A stretch of 64,000 bases of DNA, taken from IMG/VR virus record IMGVR_UViG_3300028883_000047, positions 11,681 through 75,680 of that record, one strand, 5' to 3'. The notes under the pieces are model-generated. The model saw only the letters and a list, made by a program, of their open reading frames with translations, did no database searches and was not told where the DNA came from. The first letter of the stretch is position 1, and each line of letters opens with the position of its first letter. Shown piece by piece: positions 17,619 through 27,227 of this stretch. Made by a program: the position numbers and the translations under genes. Origin of the DNA: a virus (Duplodnaviria; Heunggongvirae; Uroviricota; Caudoviricetes).

Positions 17619-18013
17619 AGCAGTTTCAAATGACCTGTTATCTTATCGATTACTTCGGGATCGCCAGGTCCGATGGCAACTGCAGTGTACGTTGGGGTTC
17701 CATTGAACTCAGTCCGACCTTGGTCCTTGATGATGGCACGAGGTACGTTTGCGTTTTGCGCAGCATCATAGATCCCAAGAAGCTCTTTCTCAGAGTCAAC
17801 ACTCACAGTAATTTTTACGAACGACCCCGACAACCACTGTTCAAGTTCGAGTGTTAGAGGAATGCAAAAATAGTCTTCAGGTCCGTCAGTAGCTTGGATA
17901 AAGCCGGGGTCGATTACTGCTTTCATTGAAGCGTGTGCGCCTTGAGCAACCATCTTGCCCTTACGCATGTTGAGATCCTTGCGAATCACAATTACCTGTT
18001 TAGGTTCATTCAT
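17615..18013 (-). CDS. peptidyl-tRNA hydrolase, PTH2 family-like
   Basis: VIVIRKDLNMRKGKMVAQGAHASM matches PTH2 signature (vvRtDLkMgkGKiaAQ.aHA). Confidence 0.6.
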   Translation of the reverse strand: MNEPKQVIVIRKDLNMRKGKMVAQGAHASMKAVIDPGFIQATDGPEDYFCIPLTLELEQWLSGSFVKITVSVDSEKELLGIYDAAQNANVPRAIIKDQGRTEFNGTPTYTAVAIGPGDPEVIDKITGHLKLL

Positions 18014-18423
18014 TATCTTTTTCTTTTCCTCTTACGAGAGTTCGTATCATCGTTCTTATCATACCACTCCGGAGGCTTCTTTGCAACCCACTTGATGAAC
18101 TTTTGCATTTCCTCACTTTCAATAAGACGTTCCACAGTATGATAATATTGCAGCAATTCATTTTCGCTAAACGTCGCGTGAATTTTCTGATGACATGATT
18201 TATGAATGCGAACGAGGTTGTCTTGTTCGTGAACCTCTTTTGTTCGTGTTTTGTACGTCTTAGGTTTAAGATGGTGGTCCTGCATCTCGCCCCCGAACGG
18301 CCGACCACATATTGGACATAGTTCTTCAGAAGGGGAGTTCATCTTAATATTCCAGTCAGTCGTCTGCACGCGATCAACATCTCGCATTGGGAGAATGATT
18401 TGTTCCCACCAGCATAAAGACAT
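18013..18423 (-). CDS. HNH-type zinc-finger endonuclease-like protein
   Basis: CPICGRPF..HHLKPKT..IHKSCHQKIH. Confidence 0.55.
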   Translation of the reverse strand: MSLCWWEQIILPMRDVDRVQTTDWNIKMNSPSEELCPICGRPFGGEMQDHHLKPKTYKTRTKEVHEQDNLVRIHKSCHQKIHATFSENELLQYYHTVERLIESEEMQKFIKWVAKKPPEWYDKNDDTNSRKRKRKR

Positions 18424-18553
18424 TGTCCTACTGTATTGGTAACAGCACGTAATGTTGCACCACGATTCAGTCGTTCTAGCAATGCGGCGTAAGAATGAAC
18501 AAACTCTCGCTTGTCCATATCAAGATACCGATAGTCTATCGGGGTATCGCCAC

Positions 18554-19036
18554 TTACCATTCCACGTACTCCATCGTTTGCAACACTCTTCGAATCTCTG
18601 TCAACCTATCACAGAACTCTCGTTTCGTCAAGATTGTTTCCCTGGGGTCGGAGTGACCAATCGTATGGTCGAGTTTTCGTAATCCAGTTGCAAGAAGAGC
18701 TTGCTTCGCCCCGTTCTCTGCTTGGAACATAAGAACGTAAGCTCTCCACGTGAGTTCCCCATAGTCTTCTCCATGACGGTCATAGGCCACCCCTCTCCAG
18801 TAGAGGGTTTGGGTGGTTCGCCAGTCGGGTGCTTGTCGTCCATAGTTTCTTGCCTCATGTCCAGTAAGTGTACAACAGTACTTTTGTTTTTCCAAGTCCT
18901 CATACTTTAAGGACTGAAGGAACCCTTCCATCGAAGCACATTCAATACCGTCAATGAAAAAACGGCGCGCTGTTAAGTTAGACAGCGCGCCGTTCTCGGT
19001 TCCGTACCGAATGTTGATCATCTGATGTGGCTCCAT
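18554..19036 (-). CDS. NADAR-domain protein (YbiA-like NAD/ADP-ribose processing N-glycosidase)
   Basis: NLTARRFFIDGIECASMEGFLQSLKY and overall ~160 aa match NADAR/DUF1768 pattern. Confidence 0.55.
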   Translation of the reverse strand: MEPHQMINIRYGTENGALSNLTARRFFIDGIECASMEGFLQSLKYEDLEKQKYCCTLTGHEARNYGRQAPDWRTTQTLYWRGVAYDRHGEDYGELTWRAYVLMFQAENGAKQALLATGLRKLDHTIGHSDPRETILTKREFCDRLTEIRRVLQTMEYVEW

Positions 19037-19066
19037 ACCTATTGGTTGAGCTATTATAGAGTAAAG

Positions 19067-19714
19067 TTATCGTGCGGTCAACGGGAGAGGTTTGTTTGCA
19101 AGTGCGCGATCTATCGTGCATTTTGGGAAGCATTCAAGTGCAGAATCGGGGTTTGCGTTCCAAACTTCAACACCAATCTCTTTTAGTGGGTCAACGATGG
19201 TTAACCAGTTCTTCATCATGCTCTGATAACCTGTTTCAGCATCGATTCGTTTATGACCATCGTGCCAGTGAGATGTTGACTTGTCGCCCCTTTTCCCCCA
19301 TTTCATATCAACACCAAGGAGGTAGATTCGTTTGAATTTCAAATGAACAGCAGCAAGGTTTGTCGCCGCGTATGTTGAGTTCGCGCCATGCTTGAGGCGG
19401 CCTGGATTTGTTTCAAGTCCTGTCGCACCTGTTAGGTGCCAGAGAATAACATCAGGGTGTTGCTCCTCTTTCTGTAAATTAAGAACACCACGCATCAGCT
19501 GACCTTTGTGTTGCAGCATTGCGTCCTTGTGCCTTAGCCAATAATCCCTATCAGTGAAATAAACTATCTGCGCATCAGGAAGGACTTCGTATGAACGGTT
19601 GATAGCGATAACAAACTGCCCTTTGAGTTTGTTCCAGTCAAAGTCTTTCAGCGAAGGGCCGCCCGCTACGATGTAGCAGGCGTTGTTGTATTTTTCCGGA
19701 TGTGCTTCAAACAT
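19067..19714 (-). CDS. DUF115/MAF-like protein (GGPSL motif; glycan-modification accessory)
   Basis: CYIVAGGPSLKDFDWNKL resembles motility-accessory-factor/DUF115 family. Confidence 0.45.
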   Translation of the reverse strand: MFEAHPEKYNNACYIVAGGPSLKDFDWNKLKGQFVIAINRSYEVLPDAQIVYFTDRDYWLRHKDAMLQHKGQLMRGVLNLQKEEQHPDVILWHLTGATGLETNPGRLKHGANSTYAATNLAAVHLKFKRIYLLGVDMKWGKRGDKSTSHWHDGHKRIDAETGYQSMMKNWLTIVDPLKEIGVEVWNANPDSALECFPKCTIDRALANKPLPLTAR

Positions 19715-20690
19715 TGTGTGAAATATCTAATATCTTGTTCTTAATTGCGCTTGGTGAGTTTGATTTGATGAAATACTTATTCATCATAAAGTTTACAAAT
19801 TTGTATATTGGTGTCGTGTCTAGCGACGTTTCAACTAAACTCTCTATGTCAGAAAGGTCATCAGCATCTGTTATACGTGTTGTAACCCAATGATAGTCGC
19901 TATGCCCAGAGCATATTACTCGTTTTCCGTATAATAACGATTCGAACCCCACTCCAGAATTTACAGTAAAAACTGCAGAAGCGTTGGGTATGATCTGGTG
20001 AATCGACCCGTGGGTAATAGTGATAGGCAGAGCAGATTCTAATTGAGTATAATAGTCAAGACGTTTGCTGTAATCGATAGGATGAGGTTTAAATACCACC
20101 CGGTATTTGCTACCTGTTAATCTTTTTGCTACATTAACAACCAATTCATCGGATGTTATATTGGCCCAGTGAGCGACAGTATCGCCCGGAACCTGACCGA
20201 CAACGAAAACATATTCGCCTTCTGGCCGAGCAAAAGCTGCATCTTGTGACATTTTGCTTTGGTTGTTTGCAGCATATTCTTTTACGAAACTCTCCACGAA
20301 TTGACGAGATGTAATTTCGTCCTCTTGTTGTGACATTTCATATAAAGATTGGTTATTTGCTATTTCTGCCCAGCCAGAATACCCTGTGCGGTCAAAGTAA
20401 ATGAACCCAGGAATGTATCCTTTTTTAATGTGCCACACCCGGTCGTATCTACCGTACGTGTGGTGGGCTAACAGAATTTTCTCCGTTGGGATAATTTCTT
20501 TTATCATTTGGGTTATCTCATACTGATACCCGTTTTGCTTAAGCACCTGCTCGAGGTTAAAGAAGAACTCTCGCAAATCTTCCATGTTCATAAAGTGTGT
20601 CGGACGGAGCCACTGATCAGGCCTTGAAATTAAAAACGACTCTTTCATTTTTTTATCCTCACCTTTAATGGATGTTGGAATGACTCCCAC
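19707..20690 (-). CDS. hypothetical protein, possibly capsule/LPS-type glycosyltransferase
   Basis: 327 aa; weak resemblance to Capsule_synth-like proteins; context. Confidence 0.3.
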   Translation of the reverse strand: MGVIPTSIKGEDKKMKESFLISRPDQWLRPTHFMNMEDLREFFFNLEQVLKQNGYQYEITQMIKEIIPTEKILLAHHTYGRYDRVWHIKKGYIPGFIYFDRTGYSGWAEIANNQSLYEMSQQEDEITSRQFVESFVKEYAANNQSKMSQDAAFARPEGEYVFVVGQVPGDTVAHWANITSDELVVNVAKRLTGSKYRVVFKPHPIDYSKRLDYYTQLESALPITITHGSIHQIIPNASAVFTVNSGVGFESLLYGKRVICSGHSDYHWVTTRITDADDLSDIESLVETSLDTTPIYKFVNFMMNKYFIKSNSPSAIKNKILDISHNV

Positions 20691-21313
20691 CCATGGGTTG
20701 TTGGGTTGGCATCAAACGGAAAGTGTGCTTCATTCCCAGCGACATTAAGAAACTGCCGAAGTGACGTTTGTACCAACTTAGGATCTTCGTCTATTTTCAG
20801 TAACAGAAAATCACCAGGACGATTACTAAAGTATGCCTTCGCCTGTTCAACGTGGTCGTTATGTTTTTTAATTAGAAACGAAAGATCAGATAGCTTTGCC
20901 CTTTCCAACGTCCCAAATACGTCACGGTTGCAACGCAAATTCATAGTTCGTGGTTGTGTGTTGTCTCGTATGTGTTTGTCCACGACTTTCTCTTTAAAAG
21001 ACTTTGCCCACTTATTTAGATCTCGAACGGTGCAGATAAATTTAGAATCTGGATACTGAATATCAAGGCGTTGATAATCAGCAAACACGGGAGCATCTAC
21101 GATCGCATCCGCTTTCTCCATTTCATCCAAATGCGTAACATAATGACATGTTTTAAACCCAAGTGATATTAGCGCATGAGCTAAACTTGTTGTTCCCGAA
21201 CGTTGAAGACCGATACCAAATATTTTACCTTTCATCAAAGTGCTCCGTTGCTGTCTTCCAATGCTATCGCAATAACTCAATGCTTTTCTAACGGATTCAT
21301 CGTTTGAGTGCAT
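20645..21313 (-). CDS. sulfotransferase-family protein
   Basis: P-loop-like PAPS-binding GLQRSGTTSLAHAL near N-terminus. Confidence 0.5.
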   Translation of the reverse strand: MHSNDESVRKALSYCDSIGRQQRSTLMKGKIFGIGLQRSGTTSLAHALISLGFKTCHYVTHLDEMEKADAIVDAPVFADYQRLDIQYPDSKFICTVRDLNKWAKSFKEKVVDKHIRDNTQPRTMNLRCNRDVFGTLERAKLSDLSFLIKKHNDHVEQAKAYFSNRPGDFLLLKIDEDPKLVQTSLRQFLNVAGNEAHFPFDANPTTHGWESFQHPLKVRIKK

Positions 21314-22013
21314 CCTCTAACGATATTGATGTTGTGGATGATGAACTGAAATCTTTCCATAGGTCATCAGTTACTTTGTCGTAGTTGCGGTGGGCGTTGC
21401 GAATCTCGCTGTGCCCTGGGACATTTTTACAAATGTACGGATCCATACAATACGCGTTGTGGTGCTTTGCGTATGTAGCGAGAGAGAAATCATATGCCGA
21501 ATTTGGAAATTTTTGTGTTACAAAATTAAGATGTTGATCATAAATTTCAAGCATTGCTTTCCTTCGAATTGCATATGCAAACCCACCATAGAAAAACCCT
21601 GTTTTAGAAAGATTTGGACTGACTTTTGTTAATTTTTCCCGTGGGTTCCCTCCAAGATAAAACATATCCCAATCACTAGGCAATTCCAATATAGCCTGGC
21701 TGAGTCTCTCTATACCACCAGGAACAAAGTCGATGTCGTCTTCCAACAGCAAAAAGTTATCTACTCCTGCGTGAATCGCATGGACTAGCGCCTTGGCTTG
21801 ACTTAAGCAGACACCAAATTCCCCAGGTGGGTATTCAAACGTTGACATTTTGAAATCTTGACTTGGAGGATTAGCCCAAATTCGCTCTACTCGTTCAGCA
21901 ATTCCAACTTGCTGGAATACCTTCGATACAGCTTTCCACCTATCAGAACTTCTTGGTAGATTAACACAGTATATTTTTTCGAAAAAATCAAATGGGTTAG
22001 AACTCATAATCAA
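21297..22013 (-). CDS. glycosyltransferase family 25-like (LPS/LOS biosynthesis type)
   Basis: FEKIYCVNLPRSSDRW N-terminal GT25 signature. Confidence 0.5.
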   Translation of the reverse strand: MIMSSNPFDFFEKIYCVNLPRSSDRWKAVSKVFQQVGIAERVERIWANPPSQDFKMSTFEYPPGEFGVCLSQAKALVHAIHAGVDNFLLLEDDIDFVPGGIERLSQAILELPSDWDMFYLGGNPREKLTKVSPNLSKTGFFYGGFAYAIRRKAMLEIYDQHLNFVTQKFPNSAYDFSLATYAKHHNAYCMDPYICKNVPGHSEIRNAHRNYDKVTDDLWKDFSSSSTTSISLEDALKR

Positions 22014-22566
22014 ATGCCTCTATGTCTTTTTTATAATGGTGAGAAACAAAATCGCTTGAAAAATCTGTATAGACTTTTCGGTAATCGCTCGAAGGGGTGG
22101 AATTTATATGAGGTAACGATAACGTCACGCCAATGCGATTACATATTTCAGAAAAATCATCTACAACATTCTCATACCGTCCAACATAATCGATCACTAT
22201 CGCACCATCGACAGATATCCAATCCATTTGTGGTTTTTGTGTTATTGGAACGACAGGCGTTTGGTATTCGCACGCTTCCGTTGCCCATGAACTTTGCACC
22301 CAATCATCAAATATCATATCTGGTGCAATCCATCCTCGTTTCATGGTAAATTTATACATTGACCATAACCTGTCCCACGGATTGCGTACAAACGCAAACT
22401 TGAATAGTGATCTGACTTGTTCATGTATCGTGGAAATTGGAACGTGAGTATTATACGAAGATAATTGGTGTGCTCCGACTTTAAGTAGAGCAGCAGTCAT
22501 AGAAGATCCCGCATTCTTTGGAATATGAACGAAGGCAAAGTTATGTTTGTGGGATATTAAAGCCAT
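21997..22566 (-). CDS. sulfotransferase-family protein (Sulfotransfer_2-like)
   Basis: FVHIPKNAGSSM motif. Confidence 0.5.
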   Translation of the reverse strand: MALISHKHNFAFVHIPKNAGSSMTAALLKVGAHQLSSYNTHVPISTIHEQVRSLFKFAFVRNPWDRLWSMYKFTMKRGWIAPDMIFDDWVQSSWATEACEYQTPVVPITQKPQMDWISVDGAIVIDYVGRYENVVDDFSEICNRIGVTLSLPHINSTPSSDYRKVYTDFSSDFVSHHYKKDIEAFDYEF

Positions 22567-23193
22567 CTACAATACCCAATTCAATTGTTTAATGTTGCCG
22601 TCGAATGAGCTTTTTCTCAACTCAGACGGAAAAAACAACTTCAACGTATCAATATCTGGACTGTCGAATGTTAGTTTAGGTAATGTAATGGTTTTTTTCG
22701 TCACGATCACGCTTATGTTATAGTCGTACGTTAACACCGAGGCTTGCGAGCAGTCGAATTTGGCCAAAATGAGATTATATAAAAGCAATCCAGCGTTCCA
22801 CAACGAAACATGACCTCCAACAATCATGCTTTTAGCAGGCGGAACGGTGATGCATACCAAACCACCCTCTTTTACGTCTGAATGAATGCGGCTCAAAAAC
22901 ATTCCAACATTTTGTTGATGCTCGAGAGTGTGAGAACACCATATCCCATCGAATTGCTGCTGTAAAGGAGGCAACGAATTATAATCTCCTACTAGATCGT
23001 TCTCAGGAAAAAAATCATTTGTAATAACAGTCAAACCGCAAGATCGCATGTCGTTCGCATGGTAAGATGGAAAGCCTGCGCCGATATCCAGAATATGCGA
23101 TAAGTTGTGTTTCTTACACTTTTCGATAAACATACTCAACGCCTGCCGTGCATGTGCATGTTTTCGTGTACATGAAAATTTGATTTCAGACAT
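22567..23193 (-). CDS. SAM-dependent methyltransferase
   Basis: ILDIGAGFPS motif I. Confidence 0.55.
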   Translation of the reverse strand: MSEIKFSCTRKHAHARQALSMFIEKCKKHNLSHILDIGAGFPSYHANDMRSCGLTVITNDFFPENDLVGDYNSLPPLQQQFDGIWCSHTLEHQQNVGMFLSRIHSDVKEGGLVCITVPPAKSMIVGGHVSLWNAGLLLYNLILAKFDCSQASVLTYDYNISVIVTKKTITLPKLTFDSPDIDTLKLFFPSELRKSSFDGNIKQLNWVL

Positions 23194-23902
23194 CTTTCCA
23201 ATATTCCTCCACCCACGGTGCTGGCTGCAGCGTATACCCCTGAACTTTAGTTGTGTTATTTATTGACTTCGGAATTGACGGTTTTCCGTGATAACATACC
23301 ACTCGCGCATTATCAGGCAGCCCATTGCGACAATGAACTTTAAAGCTAACGAATTGTTCAGGAAATAGATCCTGCCAATATAAACGATCAGATTGTTGAT
23401 GTTCAATCCACTTTTGATCACCGTGCGGCTTTAATGAGTTTATTGCTTGTTGTGGATTGGCGACAAAGGTATTCCATATATGAGAATGTTGACCAGCCTC
23501 CCACGACATCACGCCAGAACCAACAGCCTCACTGCCCAGACCAAATTTATCTCTTCTGTTAGGTTGCATTATACGGTAAAAATCATGCAACACTACAAAC
23601 CCAGTATTATGTTGTAAGATGTCGTCAACGTTGCCTGTGATGAGTGTATCAAGGTCAAAGTAAACGACTCGCCCTGCCAAACCAACACTACTGCTGAACA
23701 AGTATAATTTGTGCCACCACCCTTCTATTCCTTTATGAGGAAGGGGATGAATTGCTACATTGCCATCAATGTTCGTCGCATCGTCTGTAAAGCAATGGAA
23801 CGTAAACGGAATAGATGTGTTTCGCTGAATAGCATAGAATAGCCGGTTGACGTACTCAGACCCATACAACGTTCCGAATTTTAAGCACACTACGTTAACC
23901 AT
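23186..23902 (-). CDS. GT-A type (DXD) glycosyltransferase-like protein
   Basis: FDLDTLI DXD motif. Confidence 0.4.
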   Translation of the reverse strand: MVNVVCLKFGTLYGSEYVNRLFYAIQRNTSIPFTFHCFTDDATNIDGNVAIHPLPHKGIEGWWHKLYLFSSSVGLAGRVVYFDLDTLITGNVDDILQHNTGFVVLHDFYRIMQPNRRDKFGLGSEAVGSGVMSWEAGQHSHIWNTFVANPQQAINSLKPHGDQKWIEHQQSDRLYWQDLFPEQFVSFKVHCRNGLPDNARVVCYHGKPSIPKSINNTTKVQGYTLQPAPWVEEYWKDV

Positions 23903-24545
23903 ATTTTTCTTTCGTCCTTTCGCATGCAGTGCGTGCAGCTTGCTGCTGAGCTTGTCTGGTTGCTAAGTCAAATAATCCATACTTATCGCATTTTTCCAAG
24001 TGCGACTGCTTTACAGTTCTGATATGAGGAGACGTCTCGCTAAACAGGTAGTAACCACCAAACCAGTTTTTGAAATTGGAGCGATTCACTTCCTCACAAT
24101 CGGGGAACAGATCTGCGTAATCGTGAATCACAGCTGGAATCGTTGTTATGCCGAGTTCCGTAGCAATGGTTAACCGACTTCCACCAAATGGTTGGGTGTA
24201 AATTAATTCACTAGCGGCTCGTCGGAAGGCGGGCGGAAGGAATTGTTCATGCCCTTCTACCAACGACATACCAGTTGCTGAGTTTCTCAGTGGACCTGAC
24301 ACAACGCTTATTGGATGGCGTATTCCGTCACGCTTAATTGACTCGCGTAACTTCGTGAAGTGGTTCGTTATTCTATCAAACTCTTCCACCCAACATCTCG
24401 CAAAGTATTGACGAACCTCAATCACATCATCGTCCCACCAGCGTTCGCGGTATTCGTGCGGAAGACGGTTCCACGCCGTAACGTGTTCAGGAGCAAGGCG
24501 GTTAAATATTCTGCTTGGGTTAAGTGTTACGTACCGCAGTTTCAT
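23895..24545 (-). CDS. ParB/sulfiredoxin-fold domain protein
   Basis: GGSRLTIATELGITTIPAVIHDY resembles ParB-N/Srx core. Confidence 0.35.
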   Translation of the reverse strand: MKLRYVTLNPSRIFNRLAPEHVTAWNRLPHEYRERWWDDDVIEVRQYFARCWVEEFDRITNHFTKLRESIKRDGIRHPISVVSGPLRNSATGMSLVEGHEQFLPPAFRRAASELIYTQPFGGSRLTIATELGITTIPAVIHDYADLFPDCEEVNRSNFKNWFGGYYLFSETSPHIRTVKQSHLEKCDKYGLFDLATRQAQQQAARTACERTKEKYG

Positions 24546-24569
24546 ATTTCTATTTACTCTTCCCCAAAA

Positions 24570-25184
24570 TCACGATTTCTCCTTCCACTGATGCCGACGT
24601 TTGCTTTGCGTTTTCCAGCATTTATCGTTGTGGGACAAATAATCATCCCACGCATCAGGAAGATAACGCATCCCTCGCTTTGCGCGAACCTTAGGAGCGA
24701 ACTCTTCATCATCCCACGCATGAACCCAGCGCTTTTCCTGAGTGGAACGGGGATGACGAAACCGCCCGTATGCCGTTCTTCGATGGCTGCCTCGCCGCCA
24801 CTTGGGAATGTGAGGATGACGCTCGTTGTAGTCGGCCTGAATGACGAAGGGGTCAAGAAAATCACCAAAGCTGTCGCGAATAGCATACTGGTGATGGTCG
24901 ACGGGACCATTCTCATCCCAGGCGACGACGCTGGGGTAAAAGTAGTAGCGACGAATACGCCGTCCGAGGAGACGCTCGCGAATCGCAGCGATGCCCTCGA
25001 CGGAACGCTTGAAGCCAAAACCGATGTCGCGGTACTTACGAACAACCGGCCAGTGGTGGAGCAGCTGATCGTAATTGGTGAACTCATAGATCACCTCACC
25101 CTCGTAGGACATGAGGCGAATCCAGTTCTTCTTGGTAGTGTTGTGCATTGTGACCTCCGTTAGATTACCTAACGAAAGCCACAA
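24570..25184 (-). CDS. hypothetical protein (204 aa)
   Basis: ORF; overlapping alternative-frame ORF 24554-25087 judged spurious. Confidence 0.4.
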   Translation of the reverse strand: MWLSLGNLTEVTMHNTTKKNWIRLMSYEGEVIYEFTNYDQLLHHWPVVRKYRDIGFGFKRSVEGIAAIRERLLGRRIRRYYFYPSVVAWDENGPVDHHQYAIRDSFGDFLDPFVIQADYNERHPHIPKWRRGSHRRTAYGRFRHPRSTQEKRWVHAWDDEEFAPKVRAKRGMRYLPDAWDDYLSHNDKCWKTQSKRRHQWKEKS

Positions 25185-25330
25185 CCTCCTTTAATCTGTG
25201 CAATCATGTTTTTACCCATGTGGAAAGTTCTTGCCGCGTTTTGCGTAATACCGTTTCGTGTACCATCGCACTCCAAGGAGCATGATAGCAACGAACAGTG
25301 CATACGCTATAGGAATCCAATACACGCCCA

Positions 25331-25648
25331 TTATTTATCCAGTAAATCTTCGGCCTCTTTGAGACCATCTAAAAACGCATTATACGCTCTACGCTCCTGA
25401 AGGGTCAACATGTCCCAATTGCTCTGCCAATCATTATGACGCTGGTTGCCACACATATAGCAAGAACATGCAGCTAGGCGATCGCACTGTCGTGCAGCCA
25501 TTTCACGCAAATGATCTTGATACTCTTTGCTTTTTGGGGAGTTGTCGTCAGTTGGATAGTACCACCAACGGATGCGCTCAGAACGAAGGGCGTGCTGAAT
25601 CATTCTGGCTCGCTGAGCACGACGCCATGCACGATTTCTTGTGGACAT
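25331..25648 (-). CDS. hypothetical Cys-containing protein (105 aa)
   Basis: ORF. Confidence 0.4.
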   Translation of the reverse strand: MSTRNRAWRRAQRARMIQHALRSERIRWWYYPTDDNSPKSKEYQDHLREMAARQCDRLAACSCYMCGNQRHNDWQSNWDMLTLQERRAYNAFLDGLKEAEDLLDK

Positions 25649-25707
25649 ATTGTATCACCTCTATGCCCACGTCCTACACCTGACGGAATTGTCAGCAGTG
25701 GCGTGGG

Positions 25708-26328
25708 CTACTTAGTGATACAAGTACCATTAGTAGGCCCCTTTATTAGAAATGTCTTTTTCAATTCTTCAATTCCAGTTTTTGGGTTAGGGAGAGTATA
25801 TGACAACACTTCCTTAACCTCAACAAGGTATGGTGGTTTACTCAGATCAATGTTTTGATATCCACCGATTTTTGTGTCTTGATTGAAAGGCCAATCTGGT
25901 TTCCAATCGCCTGTTACTAAGATGTATTTACACTCTGGTAACCGGCGTAAAAAACTCTGAACGATATCCGGTGGCCAATGCATAAGGACATCCTTTACGA
26001 GAATAAGATCAGCTGGCGGTAACGCTTTGGTTGAAATATCTAGTTCATAAAAGCTGATAGTGTCGTTACCGTACTTGCTGGTGTTACTGCTGACCACGTC
26101 GGTGACTACATCGAACCCTTTATAATCAACACCAGACCAATCGATCAGATGCGAGAATTGCCAATCCCCACAACCAGCATCAACGACGGATCTGATATCA
26201 TACTCACGAAGAAACGTTTGGATGTGTTTGACATAAGGTTCTGCGTTCTCAGGCCAAGACCCCCAGCCGGACCCTTTGATCCAAGAGTTCTTGGAGTATA
26301 TGTCACTGAAGATTTGTTGCATTATCAA
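25708..26328 (-). CDS. SAM-dependent methyltransferase
   Basis: VVDAGCGDWQFS motif I. Confidence 0.55.
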   Translation of the reverse strand: MIMQQIFSDIYSKNSWIKGSGWGSWPENAEPYVKHIQTFLREYDIRSVVDAGCGDWQFSHLIDWSGVDYKGFDVVTDVVSSNTSKYGNDTISFYELDISTKALPPADLILVKDVLMHWPPDIVQSFLRRLPECKYILVTGDWKPDWPFNQDTKIGGYQNIDLSKPPYLVEVKEVLSYTLPNPKTGIEELKKTFLIKGPTNGTCITK

Positions 26329-26903
26329 CGATGAGCTTCATCCATGCATGTTTTTGCGTGGTTTCTTCGTTGTTTACCATCATGCGGACGCTTAATTACA
26401 CCCGCTGGTGGTGCGGCCATCAAATCATGTAGCCGTTGTTGTTCTTTCTCAATGTCTTCCAATACGATATTCAACTGGTCAACACTGAAACCCATACTTA
26501 CTAGGTCCTTTGCGGCGATACAATCTGCATCTCTTTCTTCATACTCTAGCCCGTTAATTGGCGTGTTGTATGGTTTAGATAGGTGTCCGAGTTTCCAGTG
26601 CGCACATTCATGTGAGAACACCCACATCTGGAACTCCGGGGAAAACTCCATAAAACTTTTCAAATTGAAGAGAATCGTTGGTTGCCCGGTCAGTGGGTGT
26701 CGAACGGCAGCAGCCGTTGATGCGTTGTGTTGTGATAGTGCTAGCCTATTAACGGCATGGTATTGAACAGGAATATTGAATGCAGAACACACAGGACGGT
26801 TCGTGATCACGCCATGAACATCTACTGGCAGTTTCACCCCTTCAGCAGTCACAAAACCGCTAAATGTTAGTAGAACACCAACAATGAAGGATTTGAAATT
26901 CAT
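26325..26903 (-). CDS. secreted zinc metallopeptidase (HExxH)
   Basis: Signal peptide MNFKSFIVGVLLTFSGFVTA; HECAHWKLGH zincin motif. Confidence 0.55.
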   Translation of the reverse strand: MNFKSFIVGVLLTFSGFVTAEGVKLPVDVHGVITNRPVCSAFNIPVQYHAVNRLALSQHNASTAAAVRHPLTGQPTILFNLKSFMEFSPEFQMWVFSHECAHWKLGHLSKPYNTPINGLEYEERDADCIAAKDLVSMGFSVDQLNIVLEDIEKEQQRLHDLMAAPPAGVIKRPHDGKQRRNHAKTCMDEAHR

Positions 26904-26915
26904 AACCCTTATTTA

Positions 26916-27227
26916 TCATTCACATGGCTCAATCGTAACCATTAGTGGGTGGCCGGCTTCTTTTGCATAGTATGCAGTTATCGACCCTTTCGTTTCCGCG
27001 ATGTCGCGAGTAAATGACCCTGCAATTCCTCGCCCCTTTGTATGAACTTCGTACATGATCATTGATGCTGTAGTTTCAGTGTGGCCGTAATGGGCCATCA
27101 GCATATCAACAACAAAATCCATAGGCGTGAAATCGTCATTGTAGAAGACAACATTCCACATAGGATAGTGTTTCTTCTTTACGTCTTCTTTAGGTTCGGC
27201 GACGGAAACACCTAGCTCTTCGCTCAT
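26916..27227 (-). CDS. clpS: ClpS-like ATP-dependent Clp protease adaptor
   Basis: NVVFYNDDFTPMDFVVDML..ASMIMYEVHTKGRGIAGSFTRDIAETK parallels bacterial ClpS core. Confidence 0.75.
   Translation of the reverse strand: MSEELGVSVAEPKEDVKKKHYPMWNVVFYNDDFTPMDFVVDMLMAHYGHTETTASMIMYEVHTKGRGIAGSFTRDIAETKGSITAYYAKEAGHPLMVTIEPCE

Noticed and set aside
18006-18308. 100-aa basic ORF
   Set aside because: Out-of-frame overlap with the HNH gene 18013-18423.
24554-25087. Ser/Ala/Thr-rich 177-aa ORF in alternative frame
   Set aside because: Same strand but overlapping 24570-25184 throughout; low complexity; likely spurious.
3131-25163. Numerous plus-strand and alternative-frame ORFs (e.g. 4444-5055, 7680-8195, 8235-8738, 11545-12273, 24360-25163, 38230-39363, 59368-60207)
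   Set aside because: All lie antisense within or across well-supported minus-strand genes, lack SDs and have low-complexity or biased composition. Treated as shadow ORFs.
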